Assembly (NCBI GenBank): GCA_951406725.2
Contig: OX597831.1
Coordinates: 56,172,001 to 56,236,000, forward strand
Reading direction: 5' to 3'
DNA: 64,000 bases
Source of the DNA: Octopus vulgaris
Taxonomy: Eukaryota
Below are positions 1 to 12,322 of this stretch, piece after piece (the first letter of the stretch is position 1; every line of letters starts with the position of its first letter). The notes beneath the pieces were generated by a model. That model searched no databases, was not told the DNA's origin, and saw only the letters and a program-made list of their open reading frames with translations. Both the position numbers and the translations under genes were made by a program.

Positions 1-158
1 CTCTCTCTCTCTCTCTCACATACACACACACCTTGATCTTAATGATGAAAAGGTGATAGAAAATTAAATCATTAATGACCAATTCTTTCTCAAATATTGG
101 GTTTATTTAAACCATATTTGTTGTTTTTATGTTGCAGAGACACATACACACACACACA

Positions 159-201
<43 letters not shown>

Positions 202-999
202 TCTCTCTCTCTCTCTCCCCCTATCTCCTCCCTCTTTCAAAGCATAAGATACTGCAAGTCTCTGACAGGGTTTCTTTGAAACCTTGTAATCAGAGAGAGA
301 ACATATTTTAGGTTGATTAATTAATTAGTACATCTTCACATGTCACTTAATTTTACTCTGCTCCATTTAATCTGGGTGAAAAACAGGTGAGATTACTGTC
401 CAAAAGAGCACATGGAGCTGTTGATACCTCCTGCTTCTATATCTATTAACACCTGTGCCCACCAGTCATTGTATTCCCCTCTGTCACCATCTCCATCTAC
501 CACTTTTCTTTCACACGCTTGCAAACTTACATTCCCACTCACCCTCTTCAATCCTCTGTACCACTTATATTCTTCTTCCTGTATCTTGAAAGTACACTCT
601 GACACATCTTCAATACCTTTTTCTCTCTTTCTCAACTGAAGTTGCCATGTAACCTCTCGTCACCTGGCTTAATGCCACATCCACCTCACCTCAGTTGAGG
701 AGTTTTGTCTTGTGAGTTGCTTGGTGACTTCACTGGTGATGGTGCCACTTAAAAGCACCCAGTACACTCTGTAAAGTGGTTGGCATTAGGAAGGTCATCC
801 AACTGTAGAAATCATGCCAAAACAGATGATTGAGCTTAGCACAATCTTCTAGTTCATCAGTTCCTGTCTAACCTATGCCAGTATGGAAAATGAACATTAC
901 ACAATGATGATGGTGGTAGTGGTGACGGTGTTGTTAAATATAAGATTGATTGTAACTTAGACCTAAAATATTTCATGACACTGACCAATAGAACTAATG

Positions 1000-1260
1000 G
1001 AATAGGATATTCGTTGTGTCCAGCAGATTGGAGTCAGGCATTAATGGCACTGATTGTCTCGATCAATTTCAGTGTTGACATAGCTGAATCTGTTTGTGAG
1101 AGTTGTTTCTTCACTTAATATTATCAAGAGCTTAATGGTGTGTCCACAAGATTCTACCCTATCACCCATCTTCTTCAGTCTATACATGCACAACCTCGTT
1201 ACTGTTTTGTACACTATGCATGTAACAGCTTATACTGATGACACTACGGTTACATAGTCC
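1000..1260 (+). mobile_element. Decayed LINE reverse transcriptase fragment
   Basis: GV(fs)PQDSTLSPIFFSLYMHNL...TAYTDDTT resembles GVPQGSxLSP...YADD. Confidence 0.6.
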
Positions 1261-1302
1261 TTACAGTTTACATCTCCATAATAACAAATTAACAGCAATA
1301 TT

Positions 1303-1468
1303 TAATAAATAGAGAATACCAAACGAGTTCCCTATGGATACCGTATTTATTACAACGAGTGGCTTGCAAACGTATCTAACAAGCGAAAGCGAGTTAGATA
1401 CGTTTACAAGCCACGAGTTGTAATAAATACGGTATCCATAGGGAATGAGTTTGGTATTTTATTTATTA
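1303..1468. repeat. Long palindrome (~78-bp arms), probable non-autonomous DNA transposon
   Basis: Arms 1303-1380 and 1393-1468, with loop aagcgaaagcga. Confidence 0.9.
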
Positions 1469-4400
1469 CACACAAATAAACGACCATATTTTATTAACCC
1501 AATAACTAAATTCTTCACGTTTAGTTGTAACTTATGAATGACAAAAGTAGTGCCCTCACCGTGACCTCGGGTCATCACTATGAATTGACCAATCAGTAGC
1601 AGCGCTCGCAATATCTGACATATGTCAGATACCAAAAATATCTCAAAGTATTCTCACTCACATGTGTGTAATAATGATCTGTTACAGTAGCAAACATGCA
1701 TCATCTTACACTCTGTGATACACTCAACAAAATTAATATCATTGCACTCACACACAATTCTGAAGCATCACATTTAATAATCTCAAAGATTTTCTCACAG
1801 CAGTCACCTTATTATCCAAAAGATGGAAGAATGGTACATTAGAGAAAGTAGTCCCAGATACTTCTAATAAGACAGGCTAGTTAGGGTTGGAATGCCTTTG
1901 ATCATAGGTCTTTTTGATTAAGATTGCACTGTAGCTGAAGAACAACATAGAGGACAACCAAAACCCACTTCAAACATTCAGTGGTCCAGCTGTGCCAAGC
2001 TGAAATAGCCATGGTACTAGGTTCCAAGTAATATATAACATCCATTGTAGACAATGTACACTAGCTCTGCTTGGACTCCTTAACTTTTCTATATCAAACA
2101 ATTTATAAACTATCCTAAACAGTATTCTCCACATTGTTTATAGGCACAGGTTTGGTTGTGTGGCTAGGAAGCTTGCTTTGCAATTATGTGTCAGGTTCAG
2201 TCAAACAGCACAGTGCCTTGAGCAAGTATCTTCGACTATAACTCTGGGTTGACCAATGCCTTATGAATGAATTGGCTGATGGAAACAGTTTAGAAGCTTG
2301 TCATTCATATATGTGTTTGTGTGTGTGTGTGTAGTCAGTTATTATCTTTTACCTTTTGTTTCAGTCGTTGGACTACGGTCCTGCTGGAGCACTGCATTGT
2401 AGGGTTTAGTCAAACAAATTGAACCCAGCACTTATTTTTTAAGTCTGATATTTATCCTATCGGTCCCTTTTGTTGAACTGGTAAGTTTCAGGGATGTAAA
2501 CTGACCAACACGAATTGTCAACAAACATGAACACATACACATGTACATATTCTTTTTTTTTTGCTTTATTTGTTTCAGTCATTTGACTGTGGCCATGCTG
2601 GAGCACTGCCTTTAGTCGAGCAAATCAACCCCAGGACTTATTCTTTGTAAGCTTAGTACTTATTCTATCGGTCTCTTTTGCCGAACTGCTAAGTTATGGG
2701 GACGTAAACACACCAGCATCAGTTGTCAAGTGATGTTGGGACAAACACAGACAGGCACACACACACACATATATATATATACGATGGGCTTCTTTCAGTT
2801 TCTGTCTACCAAATCCACTCACAAGGCTTTGGTTGGCCTGAGGCTATAGTAGAAGACACTTGCCCAAGGTGCCATGCAGTGGGACTGAACCCGGAACCGT
2901 GTGGTTGGTAAGCAAGCTACTTACCAACACAGCCACTCCTGTGCCTATGTATATGTATCATATGTATATGATGGGTTTTCCACACAGTTTCCATCTACCA
3001 AATTCACTCACAAGACATTGGTTGGCCCAAGGCTGTTGTAGAGAAATGCTTGCCCAAGATGCCATGCAACAGTAATTACAAAGCAAGCTTTTTTCATGCA
3101 ACCACGCCTTCACCTAATATCAAAAATTGATTTAACAAATGTATAACACAGTGGTTAAAGTTTAAATGCTGAAAATTAATCATTTGGCTATAAGTTTCAT
3201 TTCAAACACTACTCAGGACTAAATATAACTCTGCTTCTCTCTCAGTTTGCCTGACTTTTAAAGTTGGTTCCAGTCTTAACTTTTAGATGTAAAAGCAATT
3301 TAGCATGGAAAATAGATGTCAAGCAAAATAACAGCCCTCCTCCAAAACCTGTAAATATATTCAAATTAATTTACCATCCTTACATTCTGAGTTCAGATCC
3401 TACTGAGGTTGACTTTGCCTTTCATCCTTTTGCAATCAATAAAATAAGTACCAGGTGAGCACTGGAATTGATGCAATCAACTCAACTACTCCTGAGTAAG
3501 TGTATAAAAACTGTACCCCTCTACCAAGCCCTGTTGAGCCAGTGTGGCAGAGTAGGCTCATCAAACCAATATGATCTTGAGTTTAAATTCATGGCCTCCA
3601 CATTAGACCATGGTTGGTAGAAATAACATGCTGAGGCCTTTGTCCTGCTGTGAACTGAACATAGGCAATTCAGTCCAATTTACCATCATCTTTGTCATAT
3701 TTTTATTATAGTTGTATGGGTGTGCAATATGTCATATCACTAATCATCTATAGTAATTGTTCTCAATGTTTTGTAGTTCAGCTTATCGCTTTAACATCCA
3801 CTTTTCCATGCTTACATGGGTTGAATGGAATTTATTGAGGTAGATTTTCTTTAGATAGATGCCCTTCCTGTCATCAACCCTCATCAGTTTTCAAGTGAAA
3901 TAATATCCCCCACCTGTGAGTGAAGGCATGTGGCTTAGTGGTTAGGGTATTCTGCTCACGATCATAAGATTACAAGTTCAATTCCCAGTAGGGCACATTG
4001 AGTCTTTGAGCTAGACACTTTATTTCTCATTGCTCCGGTCCACTCAGCTGGCAAAAATGAGTAGTACCTGTATTTCAAAAGGCCAGCCTTGTCACATTCT
4101 GTGTCAAGCTGAATCTCCCTAAGCACTATGTTAAGGGTACATGTGTATTTGGAATGCTTAGTCACTTGCATGTTAATTTCATGAACAGGCTGTTCCAGTC
4201 ATCAAATCAGCTGGAGCCCCCTTCATCATAACTGACAGAGTGCCAGTAATATTTCCCCATGCCTGGACATGTTTTCTCAGTAGTTTGAAGGACACTTCCT
4301 GTATGACGGTGACACTCATTTACAATAATCATGCAATGTGAAGATGAAGAGAGACTAACACTTACACACACACACACACACAGATACATATGCACATTGG

Positions 4401-4720
4401 CTTTCATGCTGGTGGCACGTAAAAAGCACCATCCGAATCGTGGCCGATGCCAGCGCCGCCTTGACTGGCTTCCGAGCTGGTGGCACGTAAAATGCACCAA
4501 TCCGTTTGTGGCCGTTGCCAGCTTCGCCTGGCACGTAAAAAGCACCCACTACACTCACGGAGTGGTTGGCATTAGGAAGGGCATCCAGCTGTAGAAACAC
4601 TGCCAGATCAGACTGGAGCCTGGTGCAGCCTTCTGGCTTCCCAGATCCCCGGTCGAACTGTCCAACCCATGCTAGCATGGAGAACGGACATTAAATGATG
4701 ATGATGATGATATATATATA

Positions 4721-6873
4721 TATATATATAAAAGAGAGTTTGTATATGTGTGTGTGTGCGTATGTTCCTTATGCATTCGAAAACTGAGCTGCTGATTTTG
4801 ACGTATGGGGTATCAAAAGATTCAGTAATCTTTTGGCTACCAAATAAACTTTATTTTCACTTACATATTTTCTACATTATCTCAGCAACTGGGTTTCATT
4901 AGAAAGTGAAAATAGTTTCACACTTTCAATTTGAACCAAAATTACAAAGTGTTGCATTACGAGAGTGAGGATGTGTGAACAATGAAAGTAATGTTTCTCC
5001 GAATTAGTCACATCTGTACTACAATAAAGAAAGCTGCTTATCATCTATTTACCAAATAAACTATGTTTTTGGCACAACAACTCTTTTTTACTACTAAAAT
5101 AACCTCAGAATGAGGTCAGGTTGCACAATTTTGAGGTCATTTTTGGGCAATATTTCGATTTGCTTCTAATATTTCACTTTTGTCCAATGTTTCATGCATG
5201 CATAGAATTCTACTCAGACAAACATCTATGAAAATGTATACATAAATATTGTATTAAAATAAGCCACAACCAAAAAAATTTCATGAAAAGATATCCATTC
5301 CTCTAAATGTTATGAGGAAATACAGTCACTCACTCTCTCTCTCTCTCTCACATACACACACATACAAAAAAACATATACATGTGTATATGAAAGATAATG
5401 TATGTGTGTGTATGTATGAAAGAGAGAGGGGGTGTGAGCGAGTGAGTGCCACTTACACATAGATGCAAGTTAATACATACATGACACACACACCTTCAAT
5501 CACTTTCTCTCTCATGCATATGTCCATTTCATATACACAAACATACATCTTTCACTTTGCTCTCACTTCAAAGCAAATGTCGCCATTTCACTTTCTCCTT
5601 TCTTTCAATTTCTACTCTTTTCAAAGCATAAAGAAATAAAAAAATTTTTACAGAAATTAACAATCATTTGATCAACCATATGATCAAAGTGACAAATTTT
5701 GCTGCTTCAAACAAAAGAATGCCATAAAATAACTTCCTTTGGCATACACACACACACTCTAGGTAAAACTTCTGTACGAATTATGTTATTTCTTGTGTGC
5801 ACACACAAAAATTACAGCTCAAATCCAATTGAAATGGCCTTTATCTCTTCTGTAATTTGTGTTTGCGATGAGCATATTTTTGATATAAACTTATAAGGAA
5901 GTTTTCCTAGAAATCCTGTCCTTTGCCTGTTGTTTCTAGCATGTCCGAGGTGACATTTGTGCTCTCCCCCCCACCATTTTTTCCTAAATTTCTTCAGGTT
6001 CATATGTTTTTGATACAGGAGATTAGGATTTTACTCAAAAAACAGGTTTTCAATATTTTAATTTTCTCCCTCCCCACCCCAATTTCTTTTTTTTTTAGTT
6101 TTTTGCAAATTTTTTCTTGGTAATCCTTGGAGAAAAAAACAGTATGAATCTTTAAGCATTTTCTTCTTCCTTTTTTCTTAAAGAAACACTAAAATCTCCT
6201 TCCCAAACATCCACCCATCACCTTACCACTTTCAAAAAAATACAAACTCCCAATGTTTCACTTTTAGCCTTTTGGAAAGCGGGTAAGTTTCTTCAGAAAT
6301 AATGTCATTTTCCTATTGTTTCTAGCATGTTGGGTTTTCTGGTGGTGGTCTAGTATTTATTATGTCTACCATTTCGGTACAATTCTATGCTTGCATGAAA
6401 CATTGGGAGGTTTTAGCTTTTTGAAAGCAGGTGGGCGAGGTGGGAGAGTGTTTCTTTAAGGAAAATTAAACTTTAAAAAAAATATATACTTCCCAAATTC
6501 GTAATCTCTATTTTACTATGTGGATTAAAAAGAAAAATTTGAAAACCAAGTTTCAAATTGCGAAATTGCAGTAGAGATGGGGGGAAATTAAAAGTTTGAA
6601 AATGTGATTTCTGGGCAAAATCACATTAACCCTCTTTTGTACGATGAAGTAATACATAGTTTGTGATCCTTCTTAAGAACAGAAAGCACTTTCATGTGAA
6701 CCCATGCAAATTGCACTCCCCACCCCCATTTCTAAACAAACAATAACTTCTATTATGCCAGTAATCCAGTTCACTATATATCAGCTGTGTCGATTCTGCC
6801 CATAAGAAAGGAATAAATAATACAATGCGGCTATAGGTCATGACACCTGGGCAACGCTGGGATGCATTGCTAG
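4721..6873 (+). mobile_element. Probable non-autonomous Helitron
   Basis: Starts TATATATAAAAGAGAG followed by (GT)n. Ends cctgggcaacgctggg hairpin then CTAG|T at 6870-6873. The 5' boundary is blurred by (TA)n. Confidence 0.55.
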
Positions 6874-8445
6874 TATATGTATATAAAAACAAGTTTCTTT
6901 CAGTTTCCATCTACCAAATCCACTCAGAAGGTTTTGGTCAGTTTAGAACTATAATAGAAGGCACTTAGCTGAGAGGTCATACAGTGGGACTGAACCTGAA
7001 ACCAAGTTGTTGGAAAGCTAGCTTCTTAACCTCACAGCCATACCTGCACCTATTAAGTATGTTTTTTAATCCCTATTTTATTTGCTCTCATATCCAACAT
7101 GTGCTTTTTGATATGTGTGTGTGTATGTGTATATATATGTCTATATATATGTATGTGGAGTGGTTGGCGTTAGGAAGGGCATCCAGCTGTAGAAAAACTG
7201 CCAGATCTTACTGGAGCCTGGTGCAGCCCCTGGCTTCCCAGACCCCGGTCAAACTGTCCAACCCGTGCTAGCGCGGAAAACGGATGTTAAACGATGATGA
7301 TGATATATATATATGTATGTATGTACGTACGGACGGACGGACACAGGTTAGTGTCTCCTGTGTTAAAATTTTTATGAAACCTACTAAAGTTGAAGAATTA
7401 TATCATGAAATTATATTGGATCTTGGTGCATCATTAGTGAAGTTTCTGCCCATATTTCTTTCTTTCTTGGAGAAACCTGTAAGGGGTTACAGCAATGTCC
7501 AACTCGTGTTGCATTCCTGATAAAGATTTCTTTTGAAAAGATGGTTTAAATATTTTACTTCTAAGAAAAATAACAAACATCTCTAAACACCTAGCATCCT
7601 TCTTTCGTTCCTGTAATTTCACAATACCCGCAAGAGGGCACTACTCCCCAGGTTAAGAACCACTCATCCATATCATAACATCATTTCCCAGACTATCAGC
7701 TATCTCAGATTTAACACCACTACAATTTCTTTGTGGGGTTACTCTTTTACTTGTTTCAGTCATTTGACTGCGGCCATGCTGGAGCACCGCCTTTTAGTCG
7801 AGCAAATCGACCCCGGGACTTATTCTTTGTAAGCCCAGTACTTATTCTATCTGTCTCTTTTGTCGAACCGCTAAGTGACGGGGACGTAAACACACTACCA
7901 TCGGTTGTCAAGCAATGCTAGGGGGACAAACACAGACACACAAACACACACATACATATATATATACATATATACGACAGGCTTCTTTCAGTTTCCGTCT
8001 ACCAAATCCACTCACAAGGCATTGGTCGGCCCCAGGCTATAGCAGAAGACACTTGCCCAAGATGCCATGCAGTGGGACTGAACCTGGAACCATGTGGTTG
8101 GTTAGCGAGCTACTTACCACACAGCCACTCCTGCGCCTATGTCTGTTTTGGCATGATTTCTAAGGCTGGATTACCTTCCTAATGCTGACCACTTTACAGA
8201 ATGTATTGGGTGCTTTTACACACCACCGGCACAGGTGCATTTATGTGGCACCACCACCCACAAGGTTAGGAATGCTCAGCTGGAAAGGGATGCAAGGGAC
8301 AGCCTGTATACAAGGACAACTATGCTTTTACCTAGCGTGACATGTCTTTTTAAGCACAGCAAACCGCCAAGGGCCTCAGTCCCTTGTCATCCCCTCTGAG
8401 TTTCAACATCCAAAGAAATAGAAGTTGCTTCAAAAAATTATCAGC

Positions 8446-8841
8446 AAGAGTGGTTGTGTGGTAGGTAGCTTGCTAACCAACCACATGGTTCCGGGTTCAG
8501 TCCCACTGCGTGGCATCTTGCGCAAGTGCCTTCTGCTATAGCCCCGGGCCGACCAATGCCTTGTGAGTGGATTTGGTAGATGAAAACTGAAAGAAGCCTG
8601 GCATATATATGTATATATATATATGTGTGTGTGTATGTTTGTGTGTCTGTGTTTGTCCCCCTAGCATTGCTTGACAACCGATGCTGGTGTGTTTATGTCC
8701 CCGTCACTTAGCGGTTCGGCAAAAGAGACCGATAGAATAAGTACTGAGCTTACAAAGAATAAGTCCCGGGGTCGATTTGCTCGACTAAAGGCGGTGCTCC
8801 AGCATGGCCACAGTCAAATGACTGAAACAAGTAAAAGAGTA
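8446..8841 (+). mobile_element. SINE family A (tRNA-like head, internal microsatellite, tail ...cagcatggccacagtcaaatgactgaaacaagtaaaagag)
   Basis: A/B-box-like tggttgtgtgg...ggttcagtccc. Other copies at 2560-2950(-), 7740-8140(-), 11730-12620(+, interrupted), 26465-26825(+), 56478-56866(-). Confidence 0.85.
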
Positions 8842-10546
8842 TGCATCGTTTTCTCATTTTCTTTAGTTTATCACACATTGTAGGCATATGCATGGCTGTA
8901 TGGTTAAGGAGCTTGCTTTGCAACCATGTGGTTTCAGGTTCAGTTCCACTGCATGGCACATTGGGTGTCTTCGATTGTAGCCCTAGGCCAACCAATGCCT
9001 TGTGAGTGAATTTGGTTGTAGGAATCTGTTGAAGCGTGTGTATGTCTGTGTCTGTTCTCACACCACCACCGTCACCACCACTTGACAACTGGTATTTATT
9101 TAAGGCCCTATAACTTAGCAAGTCAGCAAAACAGACCAATAAAATAAGGACCAAGCTATATAAAAAAAATAAGTACTGAGGTTAAAACAAATAGAAGATA
9201 AAGATTAAAGTTGTATTAGATGATGATTGACACATTGAGTAAGTTGCATCATTTAATTAATGTTAAAGCAAAAAAGACTTTATATGTAGTTACCATTGAA
9301 AAAAGAAATTTCCTCCTATTTTTACTTGTTTCTTGAGCCAAGAAAGAAATCTCTAGATGGATGCAGCAAATACTGTCTTCAGTAAGAAAATAAAGGAATC
9401 TTGCTTCGTTTCTACCGTGAATATACAATTGTTCAGTCAGCTGAATTACCTTGTAAGTGGTTGAGTATTCCACAGATCTATCCTTTACATAATTCTCAGG
9501 TAGAATCAGTGTGACAAGGTCAAGCCTTTAAATAACAAATACAATCCATTCATTGGTTTTTCACACAGTTTCTGTGTATCAAATTTCACCCACAAGGCTT
9601 GAGTTAACCAAAGATTATGGTAAAAAGTTACTTTGCCAAGATACCATGCAGTGGGATCAAACCTGGAACCTCAAGATTGGAAAATAAACTTAACTATGCT
9701 GTGTCCATAAGAAAGTAAATCTTAGGAAGACAGGTTGGTCATGGCTGGAATGCTTTTGATCATAGGTTTGCTCAGTCAAAGTTGACTTGCAGCTGTACAA
9801 CATCCTCTTCTTCCTTTTTTATTTCTTCCTACCATTTACTATGAAGGGTGCTGAAAAGAAGGATCTGATGAATTCAGAATCTCTTGAAGAATTTACTGGG
9901 GTGCTTCTCTTGGTCTTTTCCAGGCATGTAACAGGACATGTACTTTGCACTGGCTCTCTGTCAGTTACGATGACAAGTGTTCCAATTGATCCAATCAACG
10001 GAACAACCTGCTCATGAAATTAATGTGCTGCAAGTGGCTGAGCAGTTCACAGACATGCATAATCTCAACATAGTTTTCAGGGAGATTCAGCATGACACGG
10101 AATGTTCAAGGCTGGCCCTTTGAATCACAGGTACCACTCATCATGGATTTTGCACTCTAGTCCAACAAAATATTGATTACAGCATTAGGCTGTATATTCA
10201 CTCAAATTCATATTAGAATTTGGTGGCCTGATTGAGTAACAATCAAGTGAATGCATGTTCTCAACATTTTTGCTCATAGTTCAAATTTGTAAAGTCATTA
10301 AACTCTCTTTTGCTCTCTCTCTCTCACACACACATATATATAAGATGACGTTAACTTCATTCTCTTTCATATTGGTGGGCTGAAAGGGTTTCAATCCAGT
10401 CATGATTTATTAAACAGCTTGTTAACAGTGAGAAAACCGTAAAATTTTTTAAGGAAAAAAATTGGGCTTTTCTACTGACCACTGAGTTATCATCTGACTG
10501 TTTAGTCCTGTTTACATGTTGTTTTCACCTTTTCTCTTTTGGGATA

Positions 10547-10697
10547 ATGTCCATGTGTGGTGACTGTGGAACCTTAAGAAGAATGCAAGGAGGTTTTGAC
10601 TATGATTTATCTAGTCAAGCACCTGAAGTAAAATTACTCTCCAAAGCATTTAATACCTTTATTACCACCTTCAAAAAAGGATTCAGTTTGAATTCTT
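10547..10697 (+). CDS. Candidate upstream or alternative first coding exon
   Basis: Non-repeat ORF MSMCGDCGTLRRMQGGFDYDL...GFSLNS ending at donor T|gtaagt in phase 1, compatible with acceptor 43790. No homology recognised. Confidence 0.25.
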
Positions 10698-10713
10698 GTA
10701 AGTTAGTGACTGA

Positions 10714-10950
10714 AACGGTGAGCTGGCAGAAACATTAGTGCGCCAGGCAAAATGCTTAGCAGTATTTCGTCTGCCGTAACGTTCTGAGTTCAAATTCCAC
10801 TGAGGTCGACTTTGCCTTTCATCCTTTCGGAGTCAATAAATTAAGTACTAGTTATGCACTGGAGTCGATGTAATCGACTTAATCCCTTTGTCTGTCCTTG
10901 TTTGTCCCCTCTATGTTTAGCCCCTTGTGTGCAATTAAGAAATAAGAAAG
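10714..10950 (+). mobile_element. SINE family B (gagctggcagaa...gagttcaaat...gcctttcatcctttcgg)
   Basis: Many copies: 37200-37415(-), 51580-51810(-), 57980-58211(-), plus dense clusters at 32235-36410 and 42565-43730. Confidence 0.85.
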
Positions 10951-11867
10951 TGTTCCAGAAATTTGCAAGTCTTGTGGCAAACCTTTGCAAAAAAGGGTTT
11001 ATTATTTCGTAAGTTAAGGGTAAGGGGGAGAGGTTTTGGGCATTGCATGAATCAGTCAATCAGCAAACTCAAAAGAGCAGAAGATGATGTTTGCAGTAGA
11101 AGAATATCTTGATAGAATGTCAATGGTTGTTATTGTTTAACTCCATGTCAATCTTCAAGTTAAAGATGTTCCAGCCTTGATCATCTCAACTTGTACATTA
11201 CTAGCTGAAATACCCAGCATTGCATGGGTTATTAACTCAGAGGATTAACAGTAACATCACAAAGCTCTTTATCTAACTTATAGTAAATCTTTTCAGAAAA
11301 AAATACTCAGTGAAATTTCAGACTAAGAACACTTTGTAGATATTTTCATTTTTCTTCTTTTAAAATGCTAAAAGCTAAACATGTTGGGATGTCACGAAGA
11401 GAAGAAATATTAAATTCTGGGGTCCCACAAGATGAGAAGAATGTTTTGATAAATTTCACTAAAGATTGTATCCACCTTTTTAAAAGTAATATGTTTATTT
11501 TTTTATGAGTATGTTCACCCTCTAAAATAATTTTTGTTTCAAGGATGTTGTACAACTAGCACTTCCATGGTTTTTGAAAAATCATATAAAGTTTCCATGA
11601 TAAAAAGTTTAGGAACTACTACTCTAATTCACTGTACTGTGATCAGGTTTATATGTAAAAGGTGAAAGATTTTGAAGCTTAATTTTATATAATTGGTATC
11701 AGAAAATAATTGTAAAATAAAGTGAAAATAACAGCTTGTGTAGTTAAAGAGCTTGCTTTGCTACCACATGGTTGTCAGTTCAGTTCCATTGCATAGCACC
11801 CGAGGCAAATGTTTTATATTATAACCCTGAACCAACCAATGCCTTGTGAGCAAATTTGGATGATGGA

Positions 11868-12102
11868 AACTACTTAGAGGGACGGGCAGCAGAAAGCCGT
11901 ACGAGGCGAAAACAGGTCTGTGATGCCCTTAGATGTCCAGGGCCACACGCGCGCTACACTGGAGGTATAAGCGGGTGTGTCTCCCTGGCCCGAGAGGGTT
12001 GGGAAACCTCTGAATCACCTCCCGTGATAGGGATCGGGGCCTGGAACCAACCCCATGAATGAGGAATTCCCAGTAGGCGCGGGTCATCAGCCCACATCGA
12101 TC

Positions 12103-12145
<43 letters not shown>

Positions 12146-12282
12146 CAAACAGTCCGGTGAGGTCCTTGGATCTGGTCGACAAATCCACTTATGCGCAACA
12201 GTGTTCTGTGCCATCGTCGGCATGTTCTCTGATGGCCCGGAGAAGATGACTGGACCCGATCGCTTAGAGGAAGTAAAAGTTA

Positions 12283-12322
<40 letters not shown>
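11868..12322 (+). pseudogene. 18S rRNA 3'-terminal fragment (~455 nt), decayed
   Basis: Conserved motifs acaggtctgtgatgcccttagatg, ccctgccctttgtacacaccgcccgtcgct and aacaaggtttccgtaggtgaacctgcggaaggatcatta. Ends exactly at the mature 3' end, with no ITS1. Confidence 0.95.

Noticed and set aside
8450-8510. tRNA gene
   Set aside because: tRNA-like SINE head with A/B-box remnants; no cloverleaf.
11868-12322. Functional rDNA unit
   Set aside because: Only the 3' quarter of 18S, with substitutions in conserved motifs and no ITS, 5.8S or 28S.
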